DNA of 64,000 nucleotides from an uncultured Candidatus Saccharibacteria bacterium (GTDB taxonomy: Bacteria; Patescibacteriota; Minisyncoccia; Phycocordibacterales; CAIZLB01): positions 12,811-76,810 of the forward strand of contig CAZSLF010000001.1 in assembly GCA_964607805.1 (NCBI GenBank), given 5' to 3'. The notes below the pieces were generated by a model that did no database searches, was not told the DNA's origin, and saw nothing but the letters and a program-made list of their open reading frames with translations. A program made the position numbers and the translations under genes. Positions 23,987-34,765 of this stretch are shown one piece after another (the first letter of the stretch is position 1; every line of letters starts with the position of its first letter).

Positions 23987-25768
23987 CTAAACTGTTTCAA
24001 AAGAATCCTTTTGTGCAGTAAACAACTCTTTGTACACCCCTTTCTTTTTTTCCATGAGTCTATCATGTGTATCGAACTCAATAATTTCACCATGTTCAAT
24101 AACCATAATTCGATCAGCGTTTTTAACTGTATTAAATCGATGAGAAATTAATATTACCGTCTTGTCATTTGGAAGATTTTCCAATTCTTCGAATATTTCC
24201 ATTTCTGCCACAGCATCTATCGAAGCCGTAGGCTCGTCGAGAATCCAAATCTGAGGATCACGGTAGAACAGGCGTGCCAGAGCAAGTTTTTGCCACTGAC
24301 CAACCGATGGCTCAACACCGTCTTCAAATTCCTTTCCTAAATATGAATTATATCCATCAGTCCATTCTTCAATAAAAGCATGAGCACCTGCTCTTTTTGC
24401 AGCCTTGACAACCCTTTCCATGTCAATCGGTTTACTTGTATCACCAACCGCAATCGCATCTTTTACAAGTATCTTATATTTGTCGTAATCTTGAGAAAGA
24501 TAACCCATTTTACTGAAATAAGTATCTTGATCTATCTCTTTCAGTTCGGTTCCACCTACAAATACAGAACCTTCACTAGGATCATAAAAACGCATAAGTA
24601 ATTTGGTAAGAGTGGTTTTTCCTGCACCATTTACACCAACAATTGCAATTTTTTCTCCTGCACTAATTTTAAAATTCAAATTTTTGAAAAGATACTTCTC
24701 TGTATCTGGATACTTAAAATTCACATCCTTAAATTCTATGTCGGGAGTTGCTTCAGGTAGTGAAATATGGCCATTTTTAAGGGCTTTATGAGTATCGAGA
24801 AACTTAAAGATATCCTTTACGAAAAGATTTTCTTCATTTAAATGACCTATGCTGGAGAAAAAATCCATAATACTAGACTGCATCCTAGTCATATTCATCA
24901 AAAGAAATGTAAATGTACCTATCGCTAAAGTCTTAGCAAGTACATCGTTCATAAAATATAGGATTACAAAAGTACTTGCTACATATGAAATGAGAATGGA
25001 AAAAACTTTCCCAGTCGTCTTATTACTCAGATTTTTATAAATTTCTAAATTAAAATCTGATGTTAATTGATTGATTATATTTCTGAAATATTTTTTAGTA
25101 CCTAAAACTTTCATCTCAATTAAAGCAGGTGTATTATCAAAATGCTTTTCAGCTTCATAATACTTCCTTTTTATAGATGCTTTTGCATCCCAAATACCCC
25201 ATGCTCTCTTTCCATATTTAAGTTCTAAGTATAATTCAGGAAAAAGCGCGATTATAAGAATTACCGCAATCCACCACTGGTATGATGCAAGGATAAATAT
25301 ACTCATAACCACTCTTATGATCTCTTTAATACTGCCGAAAATTGAATCTATGAATGCTAGACATTTCATAGAATTCCTTCTAGCCTTTTCCATAAGATTA
25401 TTAAACTTGGGATTCTCGTATGTCTGAATATCTACATCCGCCTTCTTTTCAGAAATAATATTTTCAACATACTGACCGTAGAAAATATAAAATGCATTCC
25501 ACTTTTTTCGTCTATAGAGTTGCTCTAAGGATATTACAAGTGGAATTCCTAAGTACGCGACCACAATATAAATCAAATCAGGATCAGTAATTGAAGTAAA
25601 ATTACCCTCAACTATTTTATTAATAAATTGGGCAGAGTACCAAGTGGCTAAAATCGGAAGTGCAGAGGCAACAATAGAAAATCCAATTTCAATAAACAAA
25701 TATGATCTGTCCATTTTCCAGACCAGCTTTAGTGATCTGATAATATTTTTTATCATATCGTTTTTCAT
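23987..25768 (-). CDS. ABC exporter, fused permease/ATPase (MsbA/type-1 exporter-like)
   Basis: N-terminal 6-TM domain, Walker A GVNGAGKTTL, signature SVGQWQKLALAR, Walker B ILDEPTASID, H-loop SHR. Confidence 0.9.
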   Translation of the reverse strand: MKNDMIKNIIRSLKLVWKMDRSYLFIEIGFSIVASALPILATWYSAQFINKIVEGNFTSITDPDLIYIVVAYLGIPLVISLEQLYRRKKWNAFYIFYGQYVENIISEKKADVDIQTYENPKFNNLMEKARRNSMKCLAFIDSIFGSIKEIIRVVMSIFILASYQWWIAVILIIALFPELYLELKYGKRAWGIWDAKASIKRKYYEAEKHFDNTPALIEMKVLGTKKYFRNIINQLTSDFNLEIYKNLSNKTTGKVFSILISYVASTFVILYFMNDVLAKTLAIGTFTFLLMNMTRMQSSIMDFFSSIGHLNEENLFVKDIFKFLDTHKALKNGHISLPEATPDIEFKDVNFKYPDTEKYLFKNLNFKISAGEKIAIVGVNGAGKTTLTKLLMRFYDPSEGSVFVGGTELKEIDQDTYFSKMGYLSQDYDKYKILVKDAIAVGDTSKPIDMERVVKAAKRAGAHAFIEEWTDGYNSYLGKEFEDGVEPSVGQWQKLALARLFYRDPQIWILDEPTASIDAVAEMEIFEELENLPNDKTVILISHRFNTVKNADRIMVIEHGEIIEFDTHDRLMEKKKGVYKELFTAQKDSFETV

Positions 25769-25843
25769 ATTATATAATTAGATAACTATACACCATACTC
25801 TGCAATTATACAGAGCATCGCACATAAACAAACTAAAGACAGA

Positions 25844-28360
25844 CTAAAGACAAATCAGAGAAGCAATCACATCCCCTTCACGCAATCGCATAATTCTCAC
25901 ACCTTGTGTATCACGTCCTAGAGTTGGAATTTCTCCAACACCACATCGGATTACCTGACTTTTCTTTGAGATCGCTACAACTTCTTCAGTTTCTTCAGTA
26001 ACAATTTGTGCAGAAATCAAATCGCCAGTTTTCTCAGTAACTTTTACAGTTTTAATTCCAGAACCGCCTCGGCCTTGAATCTTGTATTCACTAATTTCAG
26101 TTTTCTTACCGTAACCGTTTGCTGATACAATCAAAACCTGAGCCTTTGTAACACCTTTCTTTAGAGAATCCGCACCTACTACTGCGACTCCAGCGTCCAA
26201 TTTCATAACTCGAACTCCTCCGGCAGCTCGTCCCATCTCTCGAACATCGCCTTCGTCAAAACGAATTGATTGACCATCTGATGATACAACCATAACTGAA
26301 TCCCCTCGCTCTACAAAAGATGCAGATACCAATTCATCCTTTGCATCTAGTCTGATTGCAATAATTCCACTTCGGCGCACATCGTGGAAGCTCTCAGCAG
26401 CTACTTTCTTTCCTGTTCCCTGTTTAGTTACTAGGAATAGGGACAATGGACTTTCGTCTCCACTTCTCGCTTTCTTAATTTCCTTTGGCATAGGCAATAC
26501 TGAAGTCACTTTTTCGTCAGGTGACAAAGACAAGAAGTTCATAATACTCTTTCCTCGAGTCGCTCGCTTTCCTTCAGGAATTTCATACATCTTAATCTGG
26601 TATGCCTTTCCTTTATCAGTGAAGAATAGAAGATCACTATGTGTTGAAGCAGTAACAAAATGCGTAATAAAGTCCTCTTCCTTTGTATTTAAATCTACAA
26701 CACCAACACCTCCTCGCTTTTGCTTACGATATTCGTCTGGATCTGTTCGCTTAATATATCCACCCGACGTTAGAACAAGTACACTTTCTTCGTCTGGCAC
26801 AATATCTTCAATAGAGAAGTTCTTAGCAGCATGCTTAACAATTCTTGTTCGGCGATTATCCGCATATTTTGTTCGAATTTCAGCTAACTCATCTTTGATA
26901 ATTTGCAAAACTCGCTTAGCGTTCTTCAAAATATCTTCACACTCCTTAATAAATAGTTGAACTGCCTTCAATTCATCTTCAATTTTCTTTCTTTCAAGAC
27001 CAGCAAGCTTCTGAAGTCGCATTTCCAAAATTGCAGTTGCTTGTCTTTCAGAAAACTTAAACTCTTTCATCAAGTTTGCATGAGCAGTAGGTGTATCTTT
27101 TGAAGCTTTAATCAATTTGATAATAGCGTCAATATGATCCAACGCTTTTTTAAGACCAAGCAAAATATGTTCTCGGTCTTTCGCTTTTGCAAGATCAAAT
27201 TCTGTTCTTCGTCGGATAATTTCCTTTCTGTGCTTGATAAATTCTTCTAGAACTGTCTTTAGAGATACAGTTCGAGGCACACCGTCAACAAGTGCCACCA
27301 TATTGTAGTTGAAAGTGGCTTCTAGCTGCGTATGTTTATACAAAAAGTTCAGAATATTTTGAGGATATGCGCCATTTTTCAATTCAACAACAATTCGAAT
27401 ATCTCTTGTTGATTCATCTCTCAAATCTTTTATACCTTCAAGCTTCTTTTCCTGAACTAAAGCAGCAATATTTTCAATCAAAGAACTCTTATTTACCTTG
27501 TAAGGAATAGAAGTAATTATAATTTTAGACTGCCCTGCTTTTTCTTCAACAATTTCAGCTTCTCCTCGAACAACCACGCCTCCACGACCATGTGTATATG
27601 CATGAGCTATTTCAGCTGCACCATATGCAATACCTCCTGTTGGAAAATCTGGACCTTTTACAAATTCTAATAGATCAGAAGTTGTAGCCTCTTCGTTTTC
27701 AATCAAATGGTTTGTAGCATCAATAATTTCACCCAAGTTGTGAGGTGGAATATTTGTCGCCATACCTACGGCAATACCTAGTACACCGTTCAAAAGCAGG
27801 TTTGGAACAGCCGTCGGCAAAACACTAGGCTCGCGCTTCGATCCGTCATAGTTTGGAAGCATGTTTACTGTCTGCTTTTCCATATCTCGAAGAAGCTCGC
27901 TTGAAATTCGAGCCATCTTACACTCTGTATATCGCATAGCAGCTGGTGGATCACCGTCTATGTTACCGAAGTTACCTTGACCAAAGACTAAAGGATATCT
28001 GGTTGAGAAATCCTGAGCCATATTCACAAGAGCCATATATATAGATGAATCTCCGTGCGGGTGATAATTACCCATAACATCTCCAACTACTTTTGCAGAC
28101 TTTACGAATTTTGCGGACGAAGTAAGTCGAGCGTCATGCATGGCAAACAAAATACGTCGGTGCACAGGTTTCAGACCGTCACGAATATCAGGAAGGGCTC
28201 GATCTGTAATTACCGACATGGCATAGTCGATAAAAGATTCTCGCATCTCGGTTACGAGACTTCGAGAGACCATTTTGTCAGAATTAGATGGTACCGCTTG
28301 TGTCTCTTCTTTTTCGTTTGACCCACTATCTTTGCCAGTATTTTCTTTCTTTTTTGCCAT
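25844..28360 (-). CDS. gyrA: DNA gyrase subunit A
   Basis: [32 protein letters not shown]-type [10 protein letters not shown], active-site [10 protein letters not shown]-terminal beta-pinwheel repeats. gyrB is not adjacent. Confidence 0.95.
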   Translation of the reverse strand: MAKKKENTGKDSGSNEKEETQAVPSNSDKMVSRSLVTEMRESFIDYAMSVITDRALPDIRDGLKPVHRRILFAMHDARLTSSAKFVKSAKVVGDVMGNYHPHGDSSIYMALVNMAQDFSTRYPLVFGQGNFGNIDGDPPAAMRYTECKMARISSELLRDMEKQTVNMLPNYDGSKREPSVLPTAVPNLLLNGVLGIAVGMATNIPPHNLGEIIDATNHLIENEEATTSDLLEFVKGPDFPTGGIAYGAAEIAHAYTHGRGGVVVRGEAEIVEEKAGQSKIIITSIPYKVNKSSLIENIAALVQEKKLEGIKDLRDESTRDIRIVVELKNGAYPQNILNFLYKHTQLEATFNYNMVALVDGVPRTVSLKTVLEEFIKHRKEIIRRRTEFDLAKAKDREHILLGLKKALDHIDAIIKLIKASKDTPTAHANLMKEFKFSERQATAILEMRLQKLAGLERKKIEDELKAVQLFIKECEDILKNAKRVLQIIKDELAEIRTKYADNRRTRIVKHAAKNFSIEDIVPDEESVLVLTSGGYIKRTDPDEYRKQKRGGVGVVDLNTKEEDFITHFVTASTHSDLLFFTDKGKAYQIKMYEIPEGKRATRGKSIMNFLSLSPDEKVTSVLPMPKEIKKARSGDESPLSLFLVTKQGTGKKVAAESFHDVRRSGIIAIRLDAKDELVSASFVERGDSVMVVSSDGQSIRFDEGDVREMGRAAGGVRVMKLDAGVAVVGADSLKKGVTKAQVLIVSANGYGKKTEISEYKIQGRGGSGIKTVKVTEKTGDLISAQIVTEETEEVVAISKKSQVIRCGVGEIPTLGRDTQGVRIMRLREGDVIASLICL

Positions 28361-28393
28361 AGGTTTTAATTAGTATTGGTATCTTATCAAAGA

Positions 28394-28675
28394 TTAATTA
28401 GTTTTTCCACCCTCATCGTCTGTACCAATTGAAAAATTCATTGCCTCGTTTTTAATATTATTGAATGTCTCCTTGATTTCATCCCAAGTTCCTGCCTTTT
28501 CAATCGCAACAGGCTCTGTTGTTGCAGCTGGAGCAGTGCCAAAACGGCTAATATTCGAGAAAAAACTAAAAAGGGCGATTATTGCAACTGCTAATGTCAA
28601 AACACTGCTTGCTATAATTGCAATTTTCTTTCTTTCAGCTTCAGATTTATTTTTTAATGAATCGATGAAACCCAT
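28394..28675 (-). CDS. Small membrane-anchored hypothetical protein
   Basis: 93-aa ORF with one TM helix (IAIIASSVLTLAVAIIALFSFF). Confidence 0.6.
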   Translation of the reverse strand: MGFIDSLKNKSEAERKKIAIIASSVLTLAVAIIALFSFFSNISRFGTAPAATTEPVAIEKAGTWDEIKETFNNIKNEAMNFSIGTDDEGGKTN

Positions 28676-28721
28676 TTTATAAATTTTTAATTTTAAACTT
28701 TAAAAAAATCTGCCGAATAAA

Positions 28722-29363
28722 CTATGCCTGAGGTTCAAGAATAATAATCTCCCCTTCCTTTCCTTCTATATCTTTCTTTTTGATTGTCAGTTTGTCTACT
28801 GTTGTCGCCTCGCCACCTGCTTCTTTAATAAATTGCTTAAGTTTTTCGTCTTTTGTAGATGAGAAGTGTATAGGAATAATGATCTTGGGTGATAAGTTCA
28901 TAGCAACTTTGTAGGCTTCCTTAGGTGAATACACTCCATCGTCTCCAATTGGAACAAAAAGAATATCAACTTCGTCAATTACATCTGAAAGATCTGATGG
29001 CAATTCTGTGCTCTGTGCACCCAGGAAAAGCATATTTATATTGTCCACAGGAAGTGAATATATAGTATTGATCAAATTTTCATCTTTAGCGTCGAGATCA
29101 TATCGAGAAGCACCAGCTACACCTTTGATAAACACTCCACCAGTCTCATATTCACCAGGACCAGTAATTACAAATGGCTTTTTATCCCCATATGAAAGTT
29201 CTTCACCTCCTGACATATCCTCATGCATGATTGTTTCAAGAACAATTCCAGCCCCAAACTTACTAGATTTATATTTTGAGTCTTTTGCAGGTGGATTAAA
29301 AGCAAGAGTTAAATCACCATATTGGACTTTGACGAATTCATGTCCTAAGTACGTAATAATCAT
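28722..29363 (-). CDS. MBL-fold metal-dependent hydrolase (UPF0173-like)
   Basis: MIITYLGHEFVKVQ...LAFNP start and the ...ILFVPIGDDGVYSPKEA...IIIPIHF pattern, typical of small MBL-fold hydrolases. Confidence 0.6.
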   Translation of the reverse strand: MIITYLGHEFVKVQYGDLTLAFNPPAKDSKYKSSKFGAGIVLETIMHEDMSGGEELSYGDKKPFVITGPGEYETGGVFIKGVAGASRYDLDAKDENLINTIYSLPVDNINMLFLGAQSTELPSDLSDVIDEVDILFVPIGDDGVYSPKEAYKVAMNLSPKIIIPIHFSSTKDEKLKQFIKEAGGEATTVDKLTIKKKDIEGKEGEIIILEPQA

Positions 29364-29399
29364 GAGAAATAGTATACGCTATTTTGTTAAAACATAAAA

Positions 29400-29428
29400 T
29401 TGACGCCCCTACATATGTATTGTATTAT
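29400..29428 (+). promoter_or_regulatory. Sigma70-like promoter
   Basis: TTGACG at 29400-29405, 17-nt spacer, TATTAT at 29423-29428. Confidence 0.55.
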
Positions 29429-29514
29429 TGCCAACCAGAAGTCCCTTAAAGTATGTGTGTGCTCTAAAGGTAGGCTTCCACTCAGCAAAAAACTCAGCTC
29501 TCCCACACCCCAAT

Positions 29515-30003
29515 ATGGCCACAACAATCCGCGAGCTTTGCTCGGGGCTGGTCGAGTTCGGTTCAATACCGGGCTCAAACGCTCCTCAGACGCCCTACGG
29601 GTATCTTTGGATTATCGAAGTCGCGTTCTTAACCTGGCTGTTTCTGACGGTCTGGTTCACAACAATTCCGATCAAGCCTTTCATTCTTGGAAGGAAGAAA
29701 TCGGATAGCGACATGTGGTTAGCTCTCGCGCTCGGTGTCCTGTCGGTAATATTCGGTATCCTTGTGTGCCACTGGTTTACGGTTCGAGTTACTTCGGACC
29801 TGATTCGTTGGAATATTCTGATATCCTGTGTTGTCGGCCTTTACCGAGGTGTACAAATCTGGGGTTATCGCAACCACCAGCAGACATATGACCACAAGCA
29901 TGGTCATTATCGTCAATACATATTCGTCATACCAGACCGCGTTCCGCGAGACAAAACAGTAGTCAGGGAGAGCTCGTCTCGACCTGATCACGCCGCATCC
30001 TAG
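29515..30003 (+). CDS. Hypothetical membrane protein (GC-richer cassette)
   Basis: ORF 29428..30003 trimmed to MATTIRELCSG (ATG 29515), because the upstream part overlaps the promoter. 3-4 TM helices. Confidence 0.55.
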   Translation: MATTIRELCSGLVEFGSIPGSNAPQTPYGYLWIIEVAFLTWLFLTVWFTTIPIKPFILGRKKSDSDMWLALALGVLSVIFGILVCHWFTVRVTSDLIRWNILISCVVGLYRGVQIWGYRNHQQTYDHKHGHYRQYIFVIPDRVPRDKTVVRESSSRPDHAAS

Positions 30004-30058
30004 GATGCGAATTCGTGCCCAAATCACGGAAGATGCCTCAAAAGCGTCAAATCAAAGT

Positions 30059-30087
30059 CGCTCCACCTTCGGGTGGGGCGCTTTTTT
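30059..30087 (+). terminator. Rho-independent terminator
   Basis: cgctccacc (30059-30067) ttcg ggtggggcg (30072-30080) followed by tttttt. Confidence 0.8.
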
Positions 30088-30253
30088 CTTTTTAATACGT
30101 ATCTAATTAGCTCAAATTAGTGCGGCTCAAATCCATTGCCAAAAGGCTTAAAATCAGTATACTTTCTCTACATATTTTATTAGCCAATTAGCGAATATGT
30201 AATCCCTGCTGTGCTCACTCGGAAATTCATGCAGAAGCGCATTCGCAAAAAAT

Positions 30254-31456
30254 ATGACAAAAACAACTAACGATGAAATAGAAGTTTCAACTGAACAAGT
30301 TGAAAAGCCCGCTAAAGTGGCAAAAGTTAAGATGACAAAAACAGAGGAAGAAATGGCAGCTGAAATTGCCAAATCTAACCATGTTATGACTGGTATTATT
30401 GCTGATTCTGCCAATCCTCCAAGTCTTGGAGATATTGTAGAAGGTCCAGTAATTGCTATCGATAAAAAAGGAGTATTCGTTGACCTGAAGCCTTATGGAA
30501 CAGGTATTATTTACGGTCGTGAATATATTGCTGCTCGAGATATTATCCGAAAGGTAAATATTGGCGATAGTATTGCAGCTAAAGTAGTTGATCTTGAAAA
30601 TGAAGATGGCTATGTAGAACTCTCTCTTAAAGAAGCTAAACAAGCTCTTATCTGGAGTGAAGCTGAAGCTGCTATCAAATCTAAAACTGTTTACGATGTA
30701 CCAGTTCTAGAAGCAAACAAAGGTGGTCTTCTTATGTCTTGGCAAGGTATCCAAGGTTTCCTTCCTGCGTCTCAGTTGAAGGCAGACCATTATCCAAGAG
30801 TAGAAGATGGTGATAAGGATAAAATTCTAGAAGAATTAAAGAAACTTGTAGGAGAAAAGCTATCTGTTTGTATTATCGGTGCCTCTCCAAAGGAAGGTAA
30901 ACTTATCTTCTCTGAAAAGAGTCCAGAATCTCGAGATAAAGAAAAGATTGTAAGCAAATACAATGTTGGTGAAGATATCGAAGGTACTGTTACTGGTGCT
31001 GTAGATTTCGGAATCTTCGTTAAACTAGAAGAAAATCTAGAAGGTCTAGTTCATATTTCAGAAATTGACTGGTCACTCGTTGAAGATCCACGAACTATGT
31101 TCAAGGTTGGAGAAAAAGTGAAAGTTAAGGTTATTGAAATCAAAGACGGAAAGATCTCTCTTTCAATCAAGGCTTTGAAAACTAATCCTTGGAAAGAAGC
31201 TGAGAAGAAATACAAGAAAGATGACACTGTTACAGGCATTGTTATCAAATTCAATAAGCACGGTGCACTTGCATCTATCGAAGAAGGTGTTGCAGGGCTA
31301 GTCCATGTTTCTGAATTCGGTAGTGAAGCTAAGCTAAAAGAAAAATTAGAACTTGGTAAGACATATACTTTCAAGATCAGTTTGTTTGATCCTAAGGATC
31401 AAAAGATGGCACTAAGCTTTATAGATAAGTCGGTCAAGACCCCTTCTAAAAGTTAA
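30254..31456 (+). CDS. rpsA: 30S ribosomal protein S1 (four S1 domains)
   Basis: Repeated S1/OB motifs: GDIVEGPVIAIDKKGVFVDL, GEDIEGTVTGAVDFGIFVKL, DDTVTGIVIKFNKHGALASI, each with GLVHISE/GLVHVSE. Confidence 0.9.
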   Translation: MTKTTNDEIEVSTEQVEKPAKVAKVKMTKTEEEMAAEIAKSNHVMTGIIADSANPPSLGDIVEGPVIAIDKKGVFVDLKPYGTGIIYGREYIAARDIIRKVNIGDSIAAKVVDLENEDGYVELSLKEAKQALIWSEAEAAIKSKTVYDVPVLEANKGGLLMSWQGIQGFLPASQLKADHYPRVEDGDKDKILEELKKLVGEKLSVCIIGASPKEGKLIFSEKSPESRDKEKIVSKYNVGEDIEGTVTGAVDFGIFVKLEENLEGLVHISEIDWSLVEDPRTMFKVGEKVKVKVIEIKDGKISLSIKALKTNPWKEAEKKYKKDDTVTGIVIKFNKHGALASIEEGVAGLVHVSEFGSEAKLKEKLELGKTYTFKISLFDPKDQKMALSFIDKSVKTPSKS

Positions 31457-31497
31457 GCATCATTAACTTTTAGAAGGAGCTTGCCCTCCTTGCTGGG

Positions 31498-31530
31498 AAA
31501 ATACCCACCGTATACTCGGTGGGTATTTTC
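31498..31530 (+). terminator. Rho-independent terminator after rpsA
   Basis: aaatacccaccg tatact cggtgggtattttcgttttt. Confidence 0.8.
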
Positions 31531-31564
31531 GTTTTTCCGAGTATATCCAGGCTTTTTGGCCATA

Positions 31565-31594
31565 TTGACGAATGTGCCTGAAGCGTGGTATAAA
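31565..31594 (+). promoter_or_regulatory. Sigma70-like promoter
   Basis: TTGACG at 31565-31570, ~18-nt spacer, TATAAA at 31589-31594. Confidence 0.55.
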
Positions 31595-31681
31595 TTTGTG
31601 CCTTAAGTAAGGCGAGTTCTGTTCAAAAATCTTTTAAACCAATCAGAAACCCAGACAAACAGTCTATATCCTGAAAACTAT

Positions 31682-32332
31682 ATGATTAAAGAATTGTTCA
31701 TGCGGCTTGTAAAAGCCATCTACTACCCCTTGTGTATGTTGTTTCCTCACAAATACGACAAAGCCACCGATATCAAGTGGTTTGAGGCAGATGCAATTGT
31801 TGGTATACCTTTTGGAGGACATGCCGACGGGAAGGAAATCGGTGCGAGCAATGCCGCTATTGCCCGAGTCATGATAAGACTCCATGAAAGTGGGACAATG
31901 TTCAGGGAAATTTTTGACAAAGCCCCTAAACCACTTCATATGGCAGCACAGTGGGAAATGACCGATGCTGATCCCAAACCTCGACTCGATGTTGTAATTG
32001 GCGAGCGTAATAACTTCCACATCTCTACTTTCGAATTCTTTTACGAGCTCAGTCGGAAGCGTCCGGAGTGGCGATATTTAATTGTGATCGCCCACCCCGA
32101 TCATATCTGGCGAGTTAAGAAAGTTGCTGAGAAGTTCGGATTTGTAGTACTGGTTTCTATGGCCAAAATTAAAACCATCCCCTACGACCTTGAATCCAGG
32201 CAACCCTGGTGCCGATACAAGTGGAAATTTCCCCTTGGTATCAAGGCAGCTTTCAGATCACCAGAGAACTGGCCTTTCATGTTATGGGAGCCATTTGCAC
32301 GAGTACACCACGCAATCAAAGGTTGGATCTAA
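31682..32332 (+). CDS. Hypothetical protein, possibly DUF218/YdcF-like (GC-richer cassette)
   Basis: 216 aa. DAIVGIPFGGHADG... and YLIVIAHPDHIWRVKKVAEKFGF loosely resemble the DUF218 pattern. Family call is weak. Confidence 0.5.
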   Translation: MIKELFMRLVKAIYYPLCMLFPHKYDKATDIKWFEADAIVGIPFGGHADGKEIGASNAAIARVMIRLHESGTMFREIFDKAPKPLHMAAQWEMTDADPKPRLDVVIGERNNFHISTFEFFYELSRKRPEWRYLIVIAHPDHIWRVKKVAEKFGFVVLVSMAKIKTIPYDLESRQPWCRYKWKFPLGIKAAFRSPENWPFMLWEPFARVHHAIKGWI

Positions 32333-32367
32333 TTGTTACCTCAAGCACAATCACCCAGCCCAAACCA

Positions 32368-32398
32368 CCCGTCTCGAACTTTGTTCGAGACGGGTTTT
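32368..32398 (+). terminator. Rho-independent terminator
   Basis: cccgtctcgaa (32368-32378) / ttcgagacggg (32384-32394) followed by tttt. Confidence 0.8.
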
Positions 32399-32431
32399 AG
32401 TTTTGGTGGATTATTTAATTTTTTCTAAGCT

Positions 32432-33565
32432 CTATGGTCTAGTAGTCGAAGCATTACCATCTACTTTCAAACCAAAAGCCAGTCTGAGTTCTGCTTTTGC
32501 GGTAGTGTAAACTGTTCTAAAAGCTTCACGTGCAGATTTAATTGAAGTATCTCGCTTTTGTGCTGCAGCTTTTAGTTCGAGTTTCATTGCACTTGTAGAA
32601 GATGCTTGAATATTTGCTGAGGATTTCATTGTACTCTTATAGTCATTTTTCAATTTCTCAAGTGATGCTTGGAAATTTTTCAAAATAACTTGCTGATCAG
32701 TACTTGTTGCGTTACAAGCTGTCTTTGCTTGTGCAATTGCTTCCTTGGCAGCTGCTTCAAGTTGAGCGGCAGTTGTCGAAGCAGGGTTTGTAGGTGGATA
32801 TTTTGCAATAATCGCATCTACATCTTTTCTATAAGTAGAAATTGCTAGATCTACAGCGGTTCGACGTGTCGTAATTGTGCCTTCCATAGTTGTTTTAAAC
32901 TTTGCTACGGCTGCAACTTGTGCATCTGTCTTTGCACCTGCTTCTAGTTTTTCATATCGAATGCTTTTGTTTTCGTCATGTTCATCTCGGCGTTCATCGA
33001 GCTTATTATCCTTGTCTTCTCGATTTTGGTTAATATTAACCTTGCGAGCACCACCCTTTTCTCTCAAAGATTTCGTAAGGTTGGCGAGGATTTGTGATTC
33101 ACTGCTTATAATTCGGCTGCAGATTGCTCCATTTCCCTGACCTTTGCCTCGCTCGTTACGATCATCATCATCTCTATCGTTTCTGTCTTCTATTTTTTTA
33201 TTTAGTCGTGTAGTAGCTGTAGATGATGCATTGTTTTTTAGTTGGCGCAAAGGCTGAGGTGGCACTTTTTTTGCCGAGGTTGAAGCTGTGGTACTGGCGC
33301 GCAGGCGTGGATCGATTTTAGCATCGAGTCGCGCACGCATATCTTGAGTCTTAATATTTTTTGCATTATTACTTTCAACTCTCGTCTTCTGTACGTTCTC
33401 AATTCTCTCCTTATCACGTTCTCTTTGCATCTCAAGCTGAGAATTCTCAGTCTCTGCTGAAATACTTCCAAAAGGTAATATTGATAATACTAAGGCACCA
33501 ATACCAACACCTAAACCGATTCTATATAGGAGTGCTGATTTTTTATGTTTAATCTTAATTTTCAT
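32432..33565 (-). CDS. Secreted coiled-coil / low-complexity protein
   Basis: 377 aa with an N-terminal anchor (LGVGIGALVLSILPF), charged D/R/E-rich tracts (DRNDRDDDDRNERGKG) and Ala/Lys/Thr-rich helical repeats. Confidence 0.7.
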   Translation of the reverse strand: MKIKIKHKKSALLYRIGLGVGIGALVLSILPFGSISAETENSQLEMQRERDKERIENVQKTRVESNNAKNIKTQDMRARLDAKIDPRLRASTTASTSAKKVPPQPLRQLKNNASSTATTRLNKKIEDRNDRDDDDRNERGKGQGNGAICSRIISSESQILANLTKSLREKGGARKVNINQNREDKDNKLDERRDEHDENKSIRYEKLEAGAKTDAQVAAVAKFKTTMEGTITTRRTAVDLAISTYRKDVDAIIAKYPPTNPASTTAAQLEAAAKEAIAQAKTACNATSTDQQVILKNFQASLEKLKNDYKSTMKSSANIQASSTSAMKLELKAAAQKRDTSIKSAREAFRTVYTTAKAELRLAFGLKVDGNASTTRP

Positions 33566-33604
33566 TTCTTTTCTTTGTTAATTCTTTATTATCTTAATTT
33601 TCTA

Positions 33605-33955
33605 TTAATACTCAAGTAGTAAGTCACCAGAAGCGTTTGAATCTTCTATGTAGGCATTTTCATCGTAATAATCACTGCTAGTTTCATTTTCAAGATCTGA
33701 TTCGAAAGAAGCAAGAGTCTTTTCAAATGATTCTGCTTGTATTTGATCCTTTGATAGAGCTGTCGAGTCATCGGTCAACGTATTTGATGTCTCTACGTTT
33801 GCGTTTTCACCTTGCTCATTCGTCATATCTGTCGGTATACCCCTTTCGTCTAAGTTTGGGGCAGTTTTACTAGAATATAGATAATATGTTAACCCAAAGA
33901 CAATAAGTACAATTAGCACTATTGTCGCAACCATTGTTTTTCCTGTTGTAGTCAT
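33605..33955 (-). CDS. Membrane-anchored acidic hypothetical protein
   Basis: 116 aa with an N-terminal TM helix and an acidic Ser/Glu/Asp-rich ectodomain. Confidence 0.6.
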   Translation of the reverse strand: MTTTGKTMVATIVLIVLIVFGLTYYLYSSKTAPNLDERGIPTDMTNEQGENANVETSNTLTDDSTALSKDQIQAESFEKTLASFESDLENETSSDYYDENAYIEDSNASGDLLLEY

Positions 33956-34058
33956 AATTAATATAATGATTAATTAGTAATAATCCTCTTAATTATTAAT
34001 TAATGTCTGATATAACGACCTATCATAATTTTAACCTATTATAAGAATAATGATAGTG

Positions 34059-34673
34059 CTAATTGAATTGATTGTAAGCAGTCACAAGTTCATCTTGCAC
34101 AATTAAAGCAACAGCATCTCTTACATCTTTCAAAGTTTTTTTGATAATGGCCTGCTCTGCCTTCTGAAACCCTCCTAGTATAAAATTATTGATTTTATCC
34201 TCTCCCTTAGGCTTTTTAGGTTTACCAGTTGGAGTTGTTGGCATGATGCCAATTTTGACACGGATAAATGCTTCAGTTTTTAATGCTTTTTTTATTGATT
34301 CGACGCCATTATGTCCTCCACTTCCGCGATTGAACAAAATACGAATTTTACCTAGAGGCAAATCTAGATCATCATGAATAACAATAATTTTTCCTGCTTT
34401 TTTAATTCCGGCTTCTTTTGAGAGGCCGTTTATGATTGGCGAGACGGATTGACCTGACTTATTCATAAAAGTATTTGGCTTTATCAACATAACAGGCTCG
34501 CCACTCCAAGATCCTTTTGCTTTATCTGCAACTAAAACTTTATCCACTTTAAAATTTTCAGCGATATCTAGGTGCTCAGCTATAACATCAACAGCCATAC
34601 GGCCAACATTGTGACGAGTGTTTTCATATTCCAATCCAGGATTTCCGAGTCCAACGATATAATACATTCGCAA
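34059..34673 (-). CDS. pth: Peptidyl-tRNA hydrolase
   Basis: YYIVGLGNPGLEYENTRHNVG, HDDLDLPLGKIR, and GSGGHNG (HNG motif). The start may be the third codon (MYYIV). Confidence 0.92.
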   Translation of the reverse strand: MRMYYIVGLGNPGLEYENTRHNVGRMAVDVIAEHLDIAENFKVDKVLVADKAKGSWSGEPVMLIKPNTFMNKSGQSVSPIINGLSKEAGIKKAGKIIVIHDDLDLPLGKIRILFNRGSGGHNGVESIKKALKTEAFIRVKIGIMPTTPTGKPKKPKGEDKINNFILGGFQKAEQAIIKKTLKDVRDAVALIVQDELVTAYNQFN

Positions 34674-34765
34674 ATTATATCAGAAAATTTCATAATAAAT
34701 AGCAAAAATTATAAAATTTATTAATAAATTTTAATATATATACTAGGTGTGTTATAATTTTCGCC